In this document: piece after piece, positions 1 to 7,837 of the stretch
Layout of the letters: every line of letters starts with the position of its first letter
Numbering within the stretch: position 1 is the first letter of the stretch
Assembly: GCA_963736005.1 (NCBI GenBank)
Contig: CAVTNB010000003.1
Span: 192,001-256,000 of the forward strand
Length of the DNA stretch: 64,000 bases
From: an uncultured Pseudomonadota bacterium
GTDB lineage: Bacteria > Vulcanimicrobiota > Vulcanimicrobiia > Eremiobacterales > Eremiobacteraceae
Direction: 5' to 3'
Notes under the pieces: generated by a model
Database searches by the model: none
What the model was told of the DNA's origin: nothing
The model's input: the letters and a program-made list of their open reading frames with translations, nothing else
Translations under genes and position numbers: made by a program

Positions 1-144
1 GACGAAGGCCCTGCAGCAGCGACCTATAGCGTGTTTGCGCTGCCGACCTCGGTTTTTATCGATGCCCACGGCATCGTGCGTGCGGTAAAGATTGGCCAGA
101 TGTCGCCCGCGGAAATGGACGCTGACCTAAGAAGTATCCTCTAA
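1..144 (+). CDS. TlpA/redoxin-family protein, C-terminal part (truncated by window edge)
   Basis: Own translation of frame 1: DEGPAAATYSVFALPTSVFIDAHGIVRAVKIGQMSPAEMDADLRSIL*. The Y-x-V-x-x-LPTSVFID-x-x-G-x-V pattern is typical of TlpA C-termini. Confidence 0.7.
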   Translation, partial: DEGPAAATYSVFALPTSVFIDAHGIVRAVKIGQMSPAEMDADLRSIL

Positions 145-945
145 TTTCGATTCCCCGTTTTGCGATTTTCCATTTTCCAGACCGCCGAGCGCCTTACCGC
201 GTTGCTCGAGCCAGCTCGCCGCACGCTCTCCCTGTTTCATTTGTGCTTTGATCACCGTTATGTATCTCGGACATTCCGGACCATTTGGCTCGTGACAGAA
301 TCCGCGCACGCACGTTGCACCGGCATCTTTGAAGAGAACGGGATCTTCGCGTTTGAGAATGCGCAATATTGAAAATGCCATCTCTCGAATTTCCCATTGC
401 GCCATATTGCAGGTGCGCAGGGTCAGGAATTCGTACCATGCGCGCGCGTTGCCCGAAACGACGAGCTGGCTCGCGGCCGCGTTGGGCAGGACAAATCGCG
501 CATCCTCACTTGGCAACCCGCCTTTCAACAACTCGTTATATGTTTCGCCGATTTCGCGCATCAGGTTGTCGAAACGCTTGGAAAGCTCCGGCAGCGATGA
601 CAGTTTGCGCGGCTTGACGTACGGAAAAGCGGCGTCTTTGAACGCGAGATAGCGCTGACTTTGCTGATCGAACTGCAGGTGGCGATGGCGCACGAGCTGA
701 TGGGTCGCTGCCCGAGAAAGTCCAGTCACGCCAAAGACGTAAATGTTATGTTCGAGCGTGGAATGGTGCCCGGCCGCTCGCACGCGCTCGACCGTCGCAA
801 GCATGTCATCCGGTTTGCGCTCCCATCGCTCGACGATCGCGGAGGGCTCGCTCGCGGAATAGCAAGTGCGCGCTGCCGTTGCTGTCATAGCGGTTGGGTG
901 AGGTGACTTTTCTAGAAGAACTACTTTGACGGTTGTCTCTGGCAT
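127..945 (-). CDS. thyX: FAD-dependent thymidylate synthase
   Basis: GHHSTLEH and RHRHLQFDQQSQRY (RHRx7S) motifs, also EDARFVLP and AQWEIR. Start placed at ATG 945 (MPETT). Confidence 0.93.
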   Translation of the reverse strand: MPETTVKVVLLEKSPHPTAMTATAARTCYSASEPSAIVERWERKPDDMLATVERVRAAGHHSTLEHNIYVFGVTGLSRAATHQLVRHRHLQFDQQSQRYLAFKDAAFPYVKPRKLSSLPELSKRFDNLMREIGETYNELLKGGLPSEDARFVLPNAAASQLVVSGNARAWYEFLTLRTCNMAQWEIREMAFSILRILKREDPVLFKDAGATCVRGFCHEPNGPECPRYITVIKAQMKQGERAASWLEQRGKALGGLENGKSQNGESKLEDTS

Positions 946-1126
946 GGCACTAAATTGTCTTTTCTGTCTCTCTTTGCGAGGCTCCGCCACTTGATTCTGC
1001 GGCACCAAACAGGGGTATAGTTACGTTATGTCTTGGATGAAGGCAGAGGGTAAGACACACCTGTTTCGAACATATGTGCGTTTGCCCTCTGGGTTCATTC
1101 CCAAGGGGTCTAAGGAGGGAAACCGT

Positions 1127-2425
1127 TTGAAACACATACATCTCGCGGTGGCCGCGGCGGCATTGTTCGCCGTTGCGTGCATCGCGCCCAGCTTCGCTGA
1201 CAGTTCTGTCAACGTCTTGGCCTCGCAGACGAAGGCTTTCTCCGGAACGGTAACTTCGGCAACGTCCGGGTTCCAAGTCTCTGATGCCATGATGGATTTT
1301 GGCAACCCGCCGTCAGGCGAAGTGCCGATCCTGTTTAACGATCACCATGTCTATGCTAACCCCGACACGCTGCGACAAGGACGCGTCCTTGCAGCTCTTG
1401 TGAAAAACGGTACGATTCTTGTGCCGCTGCGCAGCATGTTCGAGCAGATGGGTGCAACCGTTTCTTACGATGCGGGCAGCAAGTCCGTCACGGCTTCCAA
1501 GCCCGGTTCGCAAGTGCAAGTCACGCTCGGCAAGAATGAAGTCGTGATCAACGGCGAGTCGCGTCCCCTCGACGTACCGCCGATGATGTACAAAGGCGTC
1601 ATGCTCGTTCCAGTGCGCGTCATCTCCGAAGCACTCGGAGCCTACGTGCAATGGGTTCCTGAGCAGCACGTCTGCGTCGTGCGCTACATTCCGCCGACCC
1701 CAGTGCCAACGGCGGCGCCAACTGCGCCACCGACACCAGTGCCGACGCCTGCTCCAACGGGAACACCGGCCCCGGTGGGCTTCGTCCAGGGTGCGTACGT
1801 CAGCGGCCTCACCGCCAATGAGTTCTCACCCAACAATCACGATTCGAGCGCCTATACGGGCGAGGGTGCACTCTTCCTCGGACAGTGGGCCATCGTCGGC
1901 AATGTGCGCAGCGACTCATTCCGGACGGCGCACAACGCGCAAGATCCGACCGGCAACCCGCTCACGGGCTTTGCAACAATCGATGGTGGCTTCGCGACGA
2001 CTCCCGTGTTCCAAGCGCGGCAGACAAATGTCGATGGACGGCTAGAGTATCAAATTCTCAAGCCGCACTTCGACATTGCTGGAAGTTACATTGACCTGTG
2101 GAACAACTACGGCTATCCGCGATTGACGGGAGGCGGTTTCGGGCTCGACAAGCTGCCCGATTTCCAAAGCGACCTGGGTTGGTATGGATCTATTATGTAC
2201 TACCCAGCCGTGAAGGGAACGTACGTGGTGCCTGCCGGACCCAACGCCGGCATGAGCTTCACACAGCAATACCAGCTGTACAAGTACGACATCGGCCTGG
2301 ATTACGGAGCGTCGCACGTGTATGTCATCGCAGGCTACAACGGCGATCGCTACACGGCAAAATCCGGCGCTCCAATAAACCAAACGCATGAAGGTCCGTA
2401 CCTCGGACTTGGAGTTCGATTCTAG
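1127..2425 (+). CDS. Secreted copper amine oxidase N-terminal (stalk) domain protein with Pro/Thr linker and predicted C-terminal beta-barrel, copy 1
   Basis: TTG start after AAGGAGG; signal peptide; LVPLRSMFEQMGATVSYD and LVPVRVISEALGAYVQW motifs; PTPVPT linker; C-terminus YLGLGVRF. Confidence 0.8.
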   Translation: MKHIHLAVAAAALFAVACIAPSFADSSVNVLASQTKAFSGTVTSATSGFQVSDAMMDFGNPPSGEVPILFNDHHVYANPDTLRQGRVLAALVKNGTILVPLRSMFEQMGATVSYDAGSKSVTASKPGSQVQVTLGKNEVVINGESRPLDVPPMMYKGVMLVPVRVISEALGAYVQWVPEQHVCVVRYIPPTPVPTAAPTAPPTPVPTPAPTGTPAPVGFVQGAYVSGLTANEFSPNNHDSSAYTGEGALFLGQWAIVGNVRSDSFRTAHNAQDPTGNPLTGFATIDGGFATTPVFQARQTNVDGRLEYQILKPHFDIAGSYIDLWNNYGYPRLTGGGFGLDKLPDFQSDLGWYGSIMYYPAVKGTYVVPAGPNAGMSFTQQYQLYKYDIGLDYGASHVYVIAGYNGDRYTAKSGAPINQTHEGPYLGLGVRF

Positions 2426-2448
2426 CGCAACACCACGCGAAGAGTCAT

Positions 2449-2485
2449 AAGGCGCCCGAGTGTATCTCGGGCGTCTTCTTTTTTT
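2449..2485 (+). terminator. Intrinsic terminator
   Basis: GGCGCCCGAG-tgtat-CTCGGGCGTC stem followed by TTCTTTTTTT. Confidence 0.85.
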
Positions 2486-2510
2486 AAATTTTTATCTTGT
2501 CCCCCAGCGC

Positions 2511-2557
2511 GGTTTATAACGGCGCGGGTGGGAAATTGAATGCAAAGCGCAAACGAT
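2511..2557 (+). promoter_or_regulatory. Putative alternative-sigma promoter plus conserved box
   Basis: GGTTT-N14-GGGAAA followed by CGCAAACGAT; the same arrangement recurs at 3912-3959. Confidence 0.45.
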
Positions 2558-2598
2558 GCTGCCCATTGGGAGCCTACGCTAACGAGGAGGAACACGAC

Positions 2599-3813
2599 TT
2601 GAAGCGATTCCGTCTCGCGACACTCGTCGCAGCGATGTTCGTGCTGTCGAGCATCGCGCCGAGTTTTGCCGATGCCATGATGGATTTTGGCAACCCGCCG
2701 TCAGGCGAAGTGCCGATCCTGTTTAACGATCACCATGTCTACGCTAACCCTGACACGCTGCGACAAGGACGCGTCCTTGCAGCGCTCGTGAAACACGGTA
2801 CGATTCTCGTGCCGCTGCGCAGCATGTTCGAGCAGATGGGTGCAACCGTTTCTTACGATGCGGGCAGCAAGTCCGTCACGGCTTCCAAGCCGGGCTCGCA
2901 AGTACAAGTGACCCTCGGCAAGAGCGAAGTCGTCATCAACGGCGAGTCACGTCCGCTCGACGTCCCACCCATGATGTACAAGGGCGTCTTGCTCGTTCCA
3001 GTGCGCGTCATCTCCGAAGCACTCGGAGCCTACGTGCAATGGGTGCCCGAGCAGCATGTCTGCGTGGTGCGCTACATTCCGCCGACGCCTGTGCCAACGA
3101 TGGCACCAACTGCGCCACCCACAGCCGTGCCGACACCAACAGCGACCCCCACTCCCGCGCCTCTTGGTTTCATTCAAGGCGCCTACGTCTCCGGCAGAAC
3201 GGCCAACGAGTATGCCAATAACGTTCACGATCAAAGTGGATACAACGGAGAAGCGGGTTTGTTCTTCGGTCAATGGGCGGTCGTCGGAGCAGCTCGTGCA
3301 GACCAATACCGCACATCGCACAACGCGCAAGATCCAACCGGCAACCCGCTCACGGGCTTTGCAACGATCGATGGTGGTTTCGCGACGACTCCCGTCTTCT
3401 TAGCGCGGCAGACGAACATCGACGGGCGGGTTGAATATCAGATCGCGAAGCCCCACATTTATATTGCTGGCAGTTTTCTCACGGTGTACACAAACTACGG
3501 TAATCCCCGTCTGACGGGCGGCGGAGCGGGCTTAGAAAAGTTGCCCGATCCAAACAGTGCGTTTGGCTTTTTCGGCTCGTTCTTCTACTACCCCAACATG
3601 CGCGGCACGTATGTGGAAACGGCCGGGCCAAACAACGGCACATCGTACCTACAAGAATACCAAATCATGACATATAACATCGGGCTGAACTACGGACCCT
3701 CGAGAATCTACGTCATTGCCGGATTCAACGGTGACCGCTACACGGCAAAGCAGAACGCGCCAATAAATCAGACGCATGCTGGACCATACCTCGGTCTTGG
3801 AATCCGATTCTAG
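2599..3813 (+). CDS. Stalk-domain/beta-barrel protein, copy 2
   Basis: TTG start after GAGGAGG; N-domain nearly identical to copy 1; C-terminus YLGLGIRF. Confidence 0.8.
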   Translation: MKRFRLATLVAAMFVLSSIAPSFADAMMDFGNPPSGEVPILFNDHHVYANPDTLRQGRVLAALVKHGTILVPLRSMFEQMGATVSYDAGSKSVTASKPGSQVQVTLGKSEVVINGESRPLDVPPMMYKGVLLVPVRVISEALGAYVQWVPEQHVCVVRYIPPTPVPTMAPTAPPTAVPTPTATPTPAPLGFIQGAYVSGRTANEYANNVHDQSGYNGEAGLFFGQWAVVGAARADQYRTSHNAQDPTGNPLTGFATIDGGFATTPVFLARQTNIDGRVEYQIAKPHIYIAGSFLTVYTNYGNPRLTGGGAGLEKLPDPNSAFGFFGSFFYYPNMRGTYVETAGPNNGTSYLQEYQIMTYNIGLNYGPSRIYVIAGFNGDRYTAKQNAPINQTHAGPYLGLGIRF

Positions 3814-3830
3814 ACGACAAATGAAACAAG

Positions 3831-3861
3831 GTAGCGGCCGGCTCCCAAACCCGACCGCTAC
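3831..3861. repeat. GTAG-flanked inverted repeat
   Basis: GTAGCGGCCGG-ctcccaaac-CCGACCGCTAC downstream of copy 2. Confidence 0.55.
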
Positions 3862-3911
3862 GCGCCAGACTAAAGTCGGCCAACACGTCTGCATGTCCCT
3901 CATTGCGGTCT

Positions 3912-3959
3912 GGTTTCCAATGGTCTATGGTGGGAAAAAGGAATAGGAACGCAAACGAT
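3912..3959 (+). promoter_or_regulatory. Putative alternative-sigma promoter plus conserved box
   Basis: GGTTT-N15-GGGAAA followed by CGCAAACGAT at the same 18-nt offset as at 2511-2557. Confidence 0.45.
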
Positions 3960-3997
3960 TACTAGTAAGTTTGACCTATCCTGTAGGAGGATAAAAC

Positions 3998-5293
3998 TTG
4001 AAGCATTTTCACTTAGCAGTTTTCGCCGCGGCGTTGTTTGCCGTTGCGGGTATTGCGCCAAGCTTCGCTGACAGTTCTGTCAACGTCTTGGCCTCGCAGA
4101 CGAAGGTTTTCACCGGAACGGTAACTTCGGCAACGTCCGGATTCCAAGTCTCTGACGCCATGATGGATTTTGGCAACCCGCCGTCAGGCGAAGTTCCAAT
4201 TCTATTTAACGATCACCATGTCTATGCCCGCCCTGACACGCTGCGACAAGGACGCGTCCTTGCAGCACTCGTGAAAAATGGTACGATTCTTGTGCCCCTG
4301 CGCAGCATGTTCGAGCAGATGGGTGCAACCGTTTCTTACGATGCGGGCAGCAAGTCCGTCACGGCTTCCAAGCCGGGTTCACAAGTTCAGGTAACCCTTG
4401 GTAAGAACGAAGTTCTCATCAATGGCGAGTCGCGTCCCCTCGACGTGCCGCCTATGATGTACAAGGGCGTCATGCTCGTTCCAGTGCGCGTCATCTCCGA
4501 AGCACTCGGAGCCTACGTGCAATGGGTTCCTGAGCAGCACGTCTGCGTGGTGCGCTACATTCCGCCGACCCCAGTGCCAACGGCGGCTCCAACCGCGCCT
4601 GCGACGCCAGTACCGACGCCCGCTCCTAGCCCGACACCGAAACCAATTCTTGGCTACATCCAAGGTGGCTACACACAGGGCCGCGTGGCCAACGAGTTTG
4701 CGAACAACGTGACCTCGCACGGACAGGTTGGCTCCGGCGCATACCTGTTCAACCCATTCGCGGTGAAGGTCGACTTCCGCCAAGATCAGTACCAGACGAC
4801 GAACGTCCCCGGGACGAGCACCACGCTCTTCAACACGATCGATGGTGGACAGGCTGCAACCCCACAGTTCTTAGCGCGCCAATCAACGATTGACGGACGA
4901 CTTGAATTCAAGATCGTCAATCCGTGGATCAACTTCGGTCTCAGCTACTTGCAGGCTGCGACGAACTACGGCTATCCAGTCCTCAGTGGTCCGGGTGCAG
5001 GTCTTGAGAAGCTCCCTGATCTTGGGGCCAATAGCCTCGGTTGGTTTGCCTCTGGCTTCTACTACCCGAACGTGAGAGGCGAGTACACGGTTCAAAGCGG
5101 TCCTGCAACCGGTTTGAAGAAAACGCTTGAGTACCAAATCATCAAGTACGATGTTGGTCTCGACTACGTGTTCGGCGACTCACCGTTCTACATCATGGGC
5201 GGATTCAGCGGCGACCGCTTCACGGCAAAACAGAGTTCACCCATCAACGAAACCCACGCAGGTCCATATGTGGGCCTTGGGTTTAAGTTCTAA
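3998..5293 (+). CDS. Stalk-domain/beta-barrel protein, copy 3
   Basis: TTG start after AGGAGG; same architecture; C-terminus YVGLGFKF. Confidence 0.8.
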   Translation: MKHFHLAVFAAALFAVAGIAPSFADSSVNVLASQTKVFTGTVTSATSGFQVSDAMMDFGNPPSGEVPILFNDHHVYARPDTLRQGRVLAALVKNGTILVPLRSMFEQMGATVSYDAGSKSVTASKPGSQVQVTLGKNEVLINGESRPLDVPPMMYKGVMLVPVRVISEALGAYVQWVPEQHVCVVRYIPPTPVPTAAPTAPATPVPTPAPSPTPKPILGYIQGGYTQGRVANEFANNVTSHGQVGSGAYLFNPFAVKVDFRQDQYQTTNVPGTSTTLFNTIDGGQAATPQFLARQSTIDGRLEFKIVNPWINFGLSYLQAATNYGYPVLSGPGAGLEKLPDLGANSLGWFASGFYYPNVRGEYTVQSGPATGLKKTLEYQIIKYDVGLDYVFGDSPFYIMGGFSGDRFTAKQSSPINETHAGPYVGLGFKF

Positions 5294-5885
5294 GAACCGC
5301 ACCCGCAAAGAAAAAGCGCTTCCAACCGGGAGCGCTTTTTTTCTTGTAATCCTTACCTGCGTGATTTTCGCTCCAAACAGCCAAGCCGCAGCTGCGAATG
5401 CGTTTAGCGTCAACGCAACGCCGCCCCCCTCCATCCAAGCACCTGTGGACGTCTACTTTGGTGTGTACCGATTGAGCAATTTGAGCGTGCGCAACGCCAT
5501 TCACGACATGAATATCGAGGGCGATTCTCCGCTCGCGTTACCGGGTCAGATCGAGCGAATCAATGCGGTGCAGTCTGCCCTAACCGACTGGGAACTCCGC
5601 TATCCCCATGACCCCTGGCTGCCTGGCACGATGGCTCGGTTTGCAACCTTTCTCATCGGCAAGCATGTGCCGCAGTACGATCGCGTCGCGCTTGGGTTGC
5701 TTGAAGAGCTTGAAACGCTGTATCCGAACACGTGGTACGCGCGCTTTGCCGATCAAGAACTACGTAGTTTCGATGTGTTGCCGGAATTCGATCTTCGTGA
5801 TGGGCCCGATGTTCGCCGCATGCCGCTGATCTTTGAAAGCATGACGGTCGGCATTGGTGCCAACCTTCGACGCCACTTCCTCTAA
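5268..5885 (+). CDS. Hypothetical secreted protein (APxDxYFG / YPxDPWL family); start uncertain
   Basis: Signal-like FFLVILTCVIFA..AAA; shares motifs with the convergent gene 5882-6343. Possible starts are ATG 5268, TTG 5277 or GTG 5361. Confidence 0.6.
   Translation: MWALGLSSKNRTRKEKALPTGSAFFLVILTCVIFAPNSQAAAANAFSVNATPPPSIQAPVDVYFGVYRLSNLSVRNAIHDMNIEGDSPLALPGQIERINAVQSALTDWELRYPHDPWLPGTMARFATFLIGKHVPQYDRVALGLLEELETLYPNTWYARFADQELRSFDVLPEFDLRDGPDVRRMPLIFESMTVGIGANLRRHFL
5307..5345. terminator. Bidirectional intrinsic terminator-like hairpin
   Basis: AAAGAAAAAGCGCTTCC-aacc-GGGAGCGCTTTTTTTCTT. Confidence 0.8.
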
Positions 5886-6343
5886 GAGGAGCGATTCTTT
5901 GCAACCCGTACTGGGGCTATGGCACTTTGGGTTTCGTGTTCGGCGAGCGCCGACCAGTGTGAACCTTGAAATTGTGTGAAGAGCAGGAGGCGGCAGCGGT
6001 GAGCGGCAGCATCTGCTGGCGCTGTGTGCATGGACCAGAAAACGTGCGACATGTAGTAGGCGCGTCCGGCTAGCCACGGATCTTTCGGATATTTGCGCGC
6101 CCAATCGTGGAGCGCATCTTCGGCTGATTCGAGCCCTTGATAGTATCGCGCTGCGTGGGCCGGATCGTAGCGCACGCGCAGGCTCGTGTCGTGAATCGTA
6201 TTTTCGATGCCTAAGGGACTCATCTTCTGTTTTCCGAAGTATTCGTCCAACGGTGCCAGGGCTCCATGCGTCGCCGCAAAGCTCGCACCTGACCCCACAA
6301 GGGTGAGCGCGACCACCGCGGAAAGCACGATTCCAAACTTCAT
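5882..6343 (-). CDS. Hypothetical secreted protein (APxDxYFG / YPxDPWL family)
   Basis: MKFGIVLSAVVAL signal peptide; APLDEYFG, NTIHD and YPKDPWL motifs. Confidence 0.7.
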   Translation of the reverse strand: MKFGIVLSAVVALTLVGSGASFAATHGALAPLDEYFGKQKMSPLGIENTIHDTSLRVRYDPAHAARYYQGLESAEDALHDWARKYPKDPWLAGRAYYMSHVFWSMHTAPADAAAHRCRLLLFTQFQGSHWSALAEHETQSAIAPVRVAKNRSS

Positions 6344-6359
6344 GTTTTTCGACCCGACG

Positions 6360-6412
6360 AGCGGACCTGAAGGTCTGCTGCTACATGGCGGACCTCTGCG
6401 TCCGCCGCTACG
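6360..6412. repeat. REP-like family A, two copies
   Basis: AGCGGACCTGAAGGTCTGCTGCTACAT and GGCGGACCTCTGCGTCCGCCGCTAC. Confidence 0.75.
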
Positions 6413-6421
6413 CTCAAGTAT

Positions 6422-7837
6422 ATGAGGGCGGTTGTTGCCGCACGAGTGCGCGGCATCACGCTTCGCGTTGCCTGTGCGCAGCTTTGTGCTCGGTCGGTCG
6501 CGCAGGCGCGCGAGGCGCTCGCCGATATCACGGCTGCCATACGCCGTGCCCGGCGCAACGAGGCTTCGCTTCTCGTCCTTCCGGAATGCAGTTATCCAGG
6601 ATATGTTTTGCTCGATGCGCATCCATACAGGCGTGCCATACCATCGGACGCAGAAGCCCTGACCGCAATCTCGCGAGAGGCTCGCCGCGAAAAAGTGTCC
6701 GTGGTGGTGGGCATCGCGCGCACGAAGCCGGATGGCAGTTTGCAAAACGAGGCGGTGCTGATCGACGCCACAGGCAACGAAATTGGTTCATATGCAAAAG
6801 CGCGGCTTTGGAACTTCGACCAGCGCTGGTTTCGAGCGGGTCGCGATGTTCCGGTCTTCGAAACCGCATTCGGCCGCATCGGCATGATGATCTGTGCTGA
6901 TGGCCGCAACCCGGAAATCGCTCGCACGCTCGCGGCCAAAGGCGCGTGGCTGGTGGCTGACCCTACGGCGTGGGTGGGCTTTGGGCCATCGCATGCGCTG
7001 ATTCGCAACGTGCAGGCCGACTACATGTTGCGCGTACGCGCACTGGAAAATGGCATTTGGATTGCAGCTGCCGACAAGTGCGGCTCGGAGCTCGGCGCGG
7101 TTCACTACGCCGGTTACAGTCAAATCGTCGCGCCAGACGGCTCGGTGGCCGCGCACGCTGCTCCCGATCAGCCGCAGTTTATAGCCACCGATGTGAAGAG
7201 GACGAAGCCTGCGCCATACGTTTCTTTCTTGTCGGCCGCCGATCGCGCAGCGCTGTGTAGGCGCCCGCGCAAGAATGGACGCTTGCACCGCCTTCCACCT
7301 CGACTTTGGATGGCGATGTATCAAAGTGCGCCCCGCCGGCGTGACGACCCACGCGCGCTCGAGGCGCTTGTCGCGCAAACGGTGAGCGCGGTGATCCGCA
7401 CCGGCGACTCAGCCGCCGCAATGACCCGAGCACTCGATCGCGCCCGCGGACTCCGCTACGAGATTCTCACCGGTGAAGCCATGGTGGCCCCGGAGCCCGC
7501 GCGCGCTGCAGCGTTGCGCGGCGCCGATCTGCTCCTGTGGCGCTTGCCGCCGAACGGGTTGCCCGTGGTCGACATTGCGCGCACCCGCGCTGTTGAAAAC
7601 CGCGTCTACGTTGCGGTTTGCAGCCACTCGGATGGCACAGCACCAGCCTGTCTGATCCATCCCGATGGTTCGATCGTCGGAAGTGCGCTCGCAGGTTTGC
7701 CCAGCGGATTTGTGGCGGTTGTTGACACGATTGCCGCGCGACGCAAAGAGGTCGTGCCGGGCACGCAGACGTTTGCCGACCGGCTGCCGAATGCGTACCG
7801 CTGGCTCGATCGCGCGACGGGAGCAGTCGTATCGTGA
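6422..7837 (+). CDS. Carbon-nitrogen hydrolase (nitrilase superfamily) with a degenerate second domain
   Basis: Triad motifs VLPE, YAK and ICADG, plus RALENG; a second RAVENRVY motif lies in the C-terminal half. Start uncertain. Confidence 0.8.
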   Translation: MRAVVAARVRGITLRVACAQLCARSVAQAREALADITAAIRRARRNEASLLVLPECSYPGYVLLDAHPYRRAIPSDAEALTAISREARREKVSVVVGIARTKPDGSLQNEAVLIDATGNEIGSYAKARLWNFDQRWFRAGRDVPVFETAFGRIGMMICADGRNPEIARTLAAKGAWLVADPTAWVGFGPSHALIRNVQADYMLRVRALENGIWIAAADKCGSELGAVHYAGYSQIVAPDGSVAAHAAPDQPQFIATDVKRTKPAPYVSFLSAADRAALCRRPRKNGRLHRLPPRLWMAMYQSAPRRRDDPRALEALVAQTVSAVIRTGDSAAAMTRALDRARGLRYEILTGEAMVAPEPARAAALRGADLLLWRLPPNGLPVVDIARTRAVENRVYVAVCSHSDGTAPACLIHPDGSIVGSALAGLPSGFVAVVDTIAARRKEVVPGTQTFADRLPNAYRWLDRATGAVVS

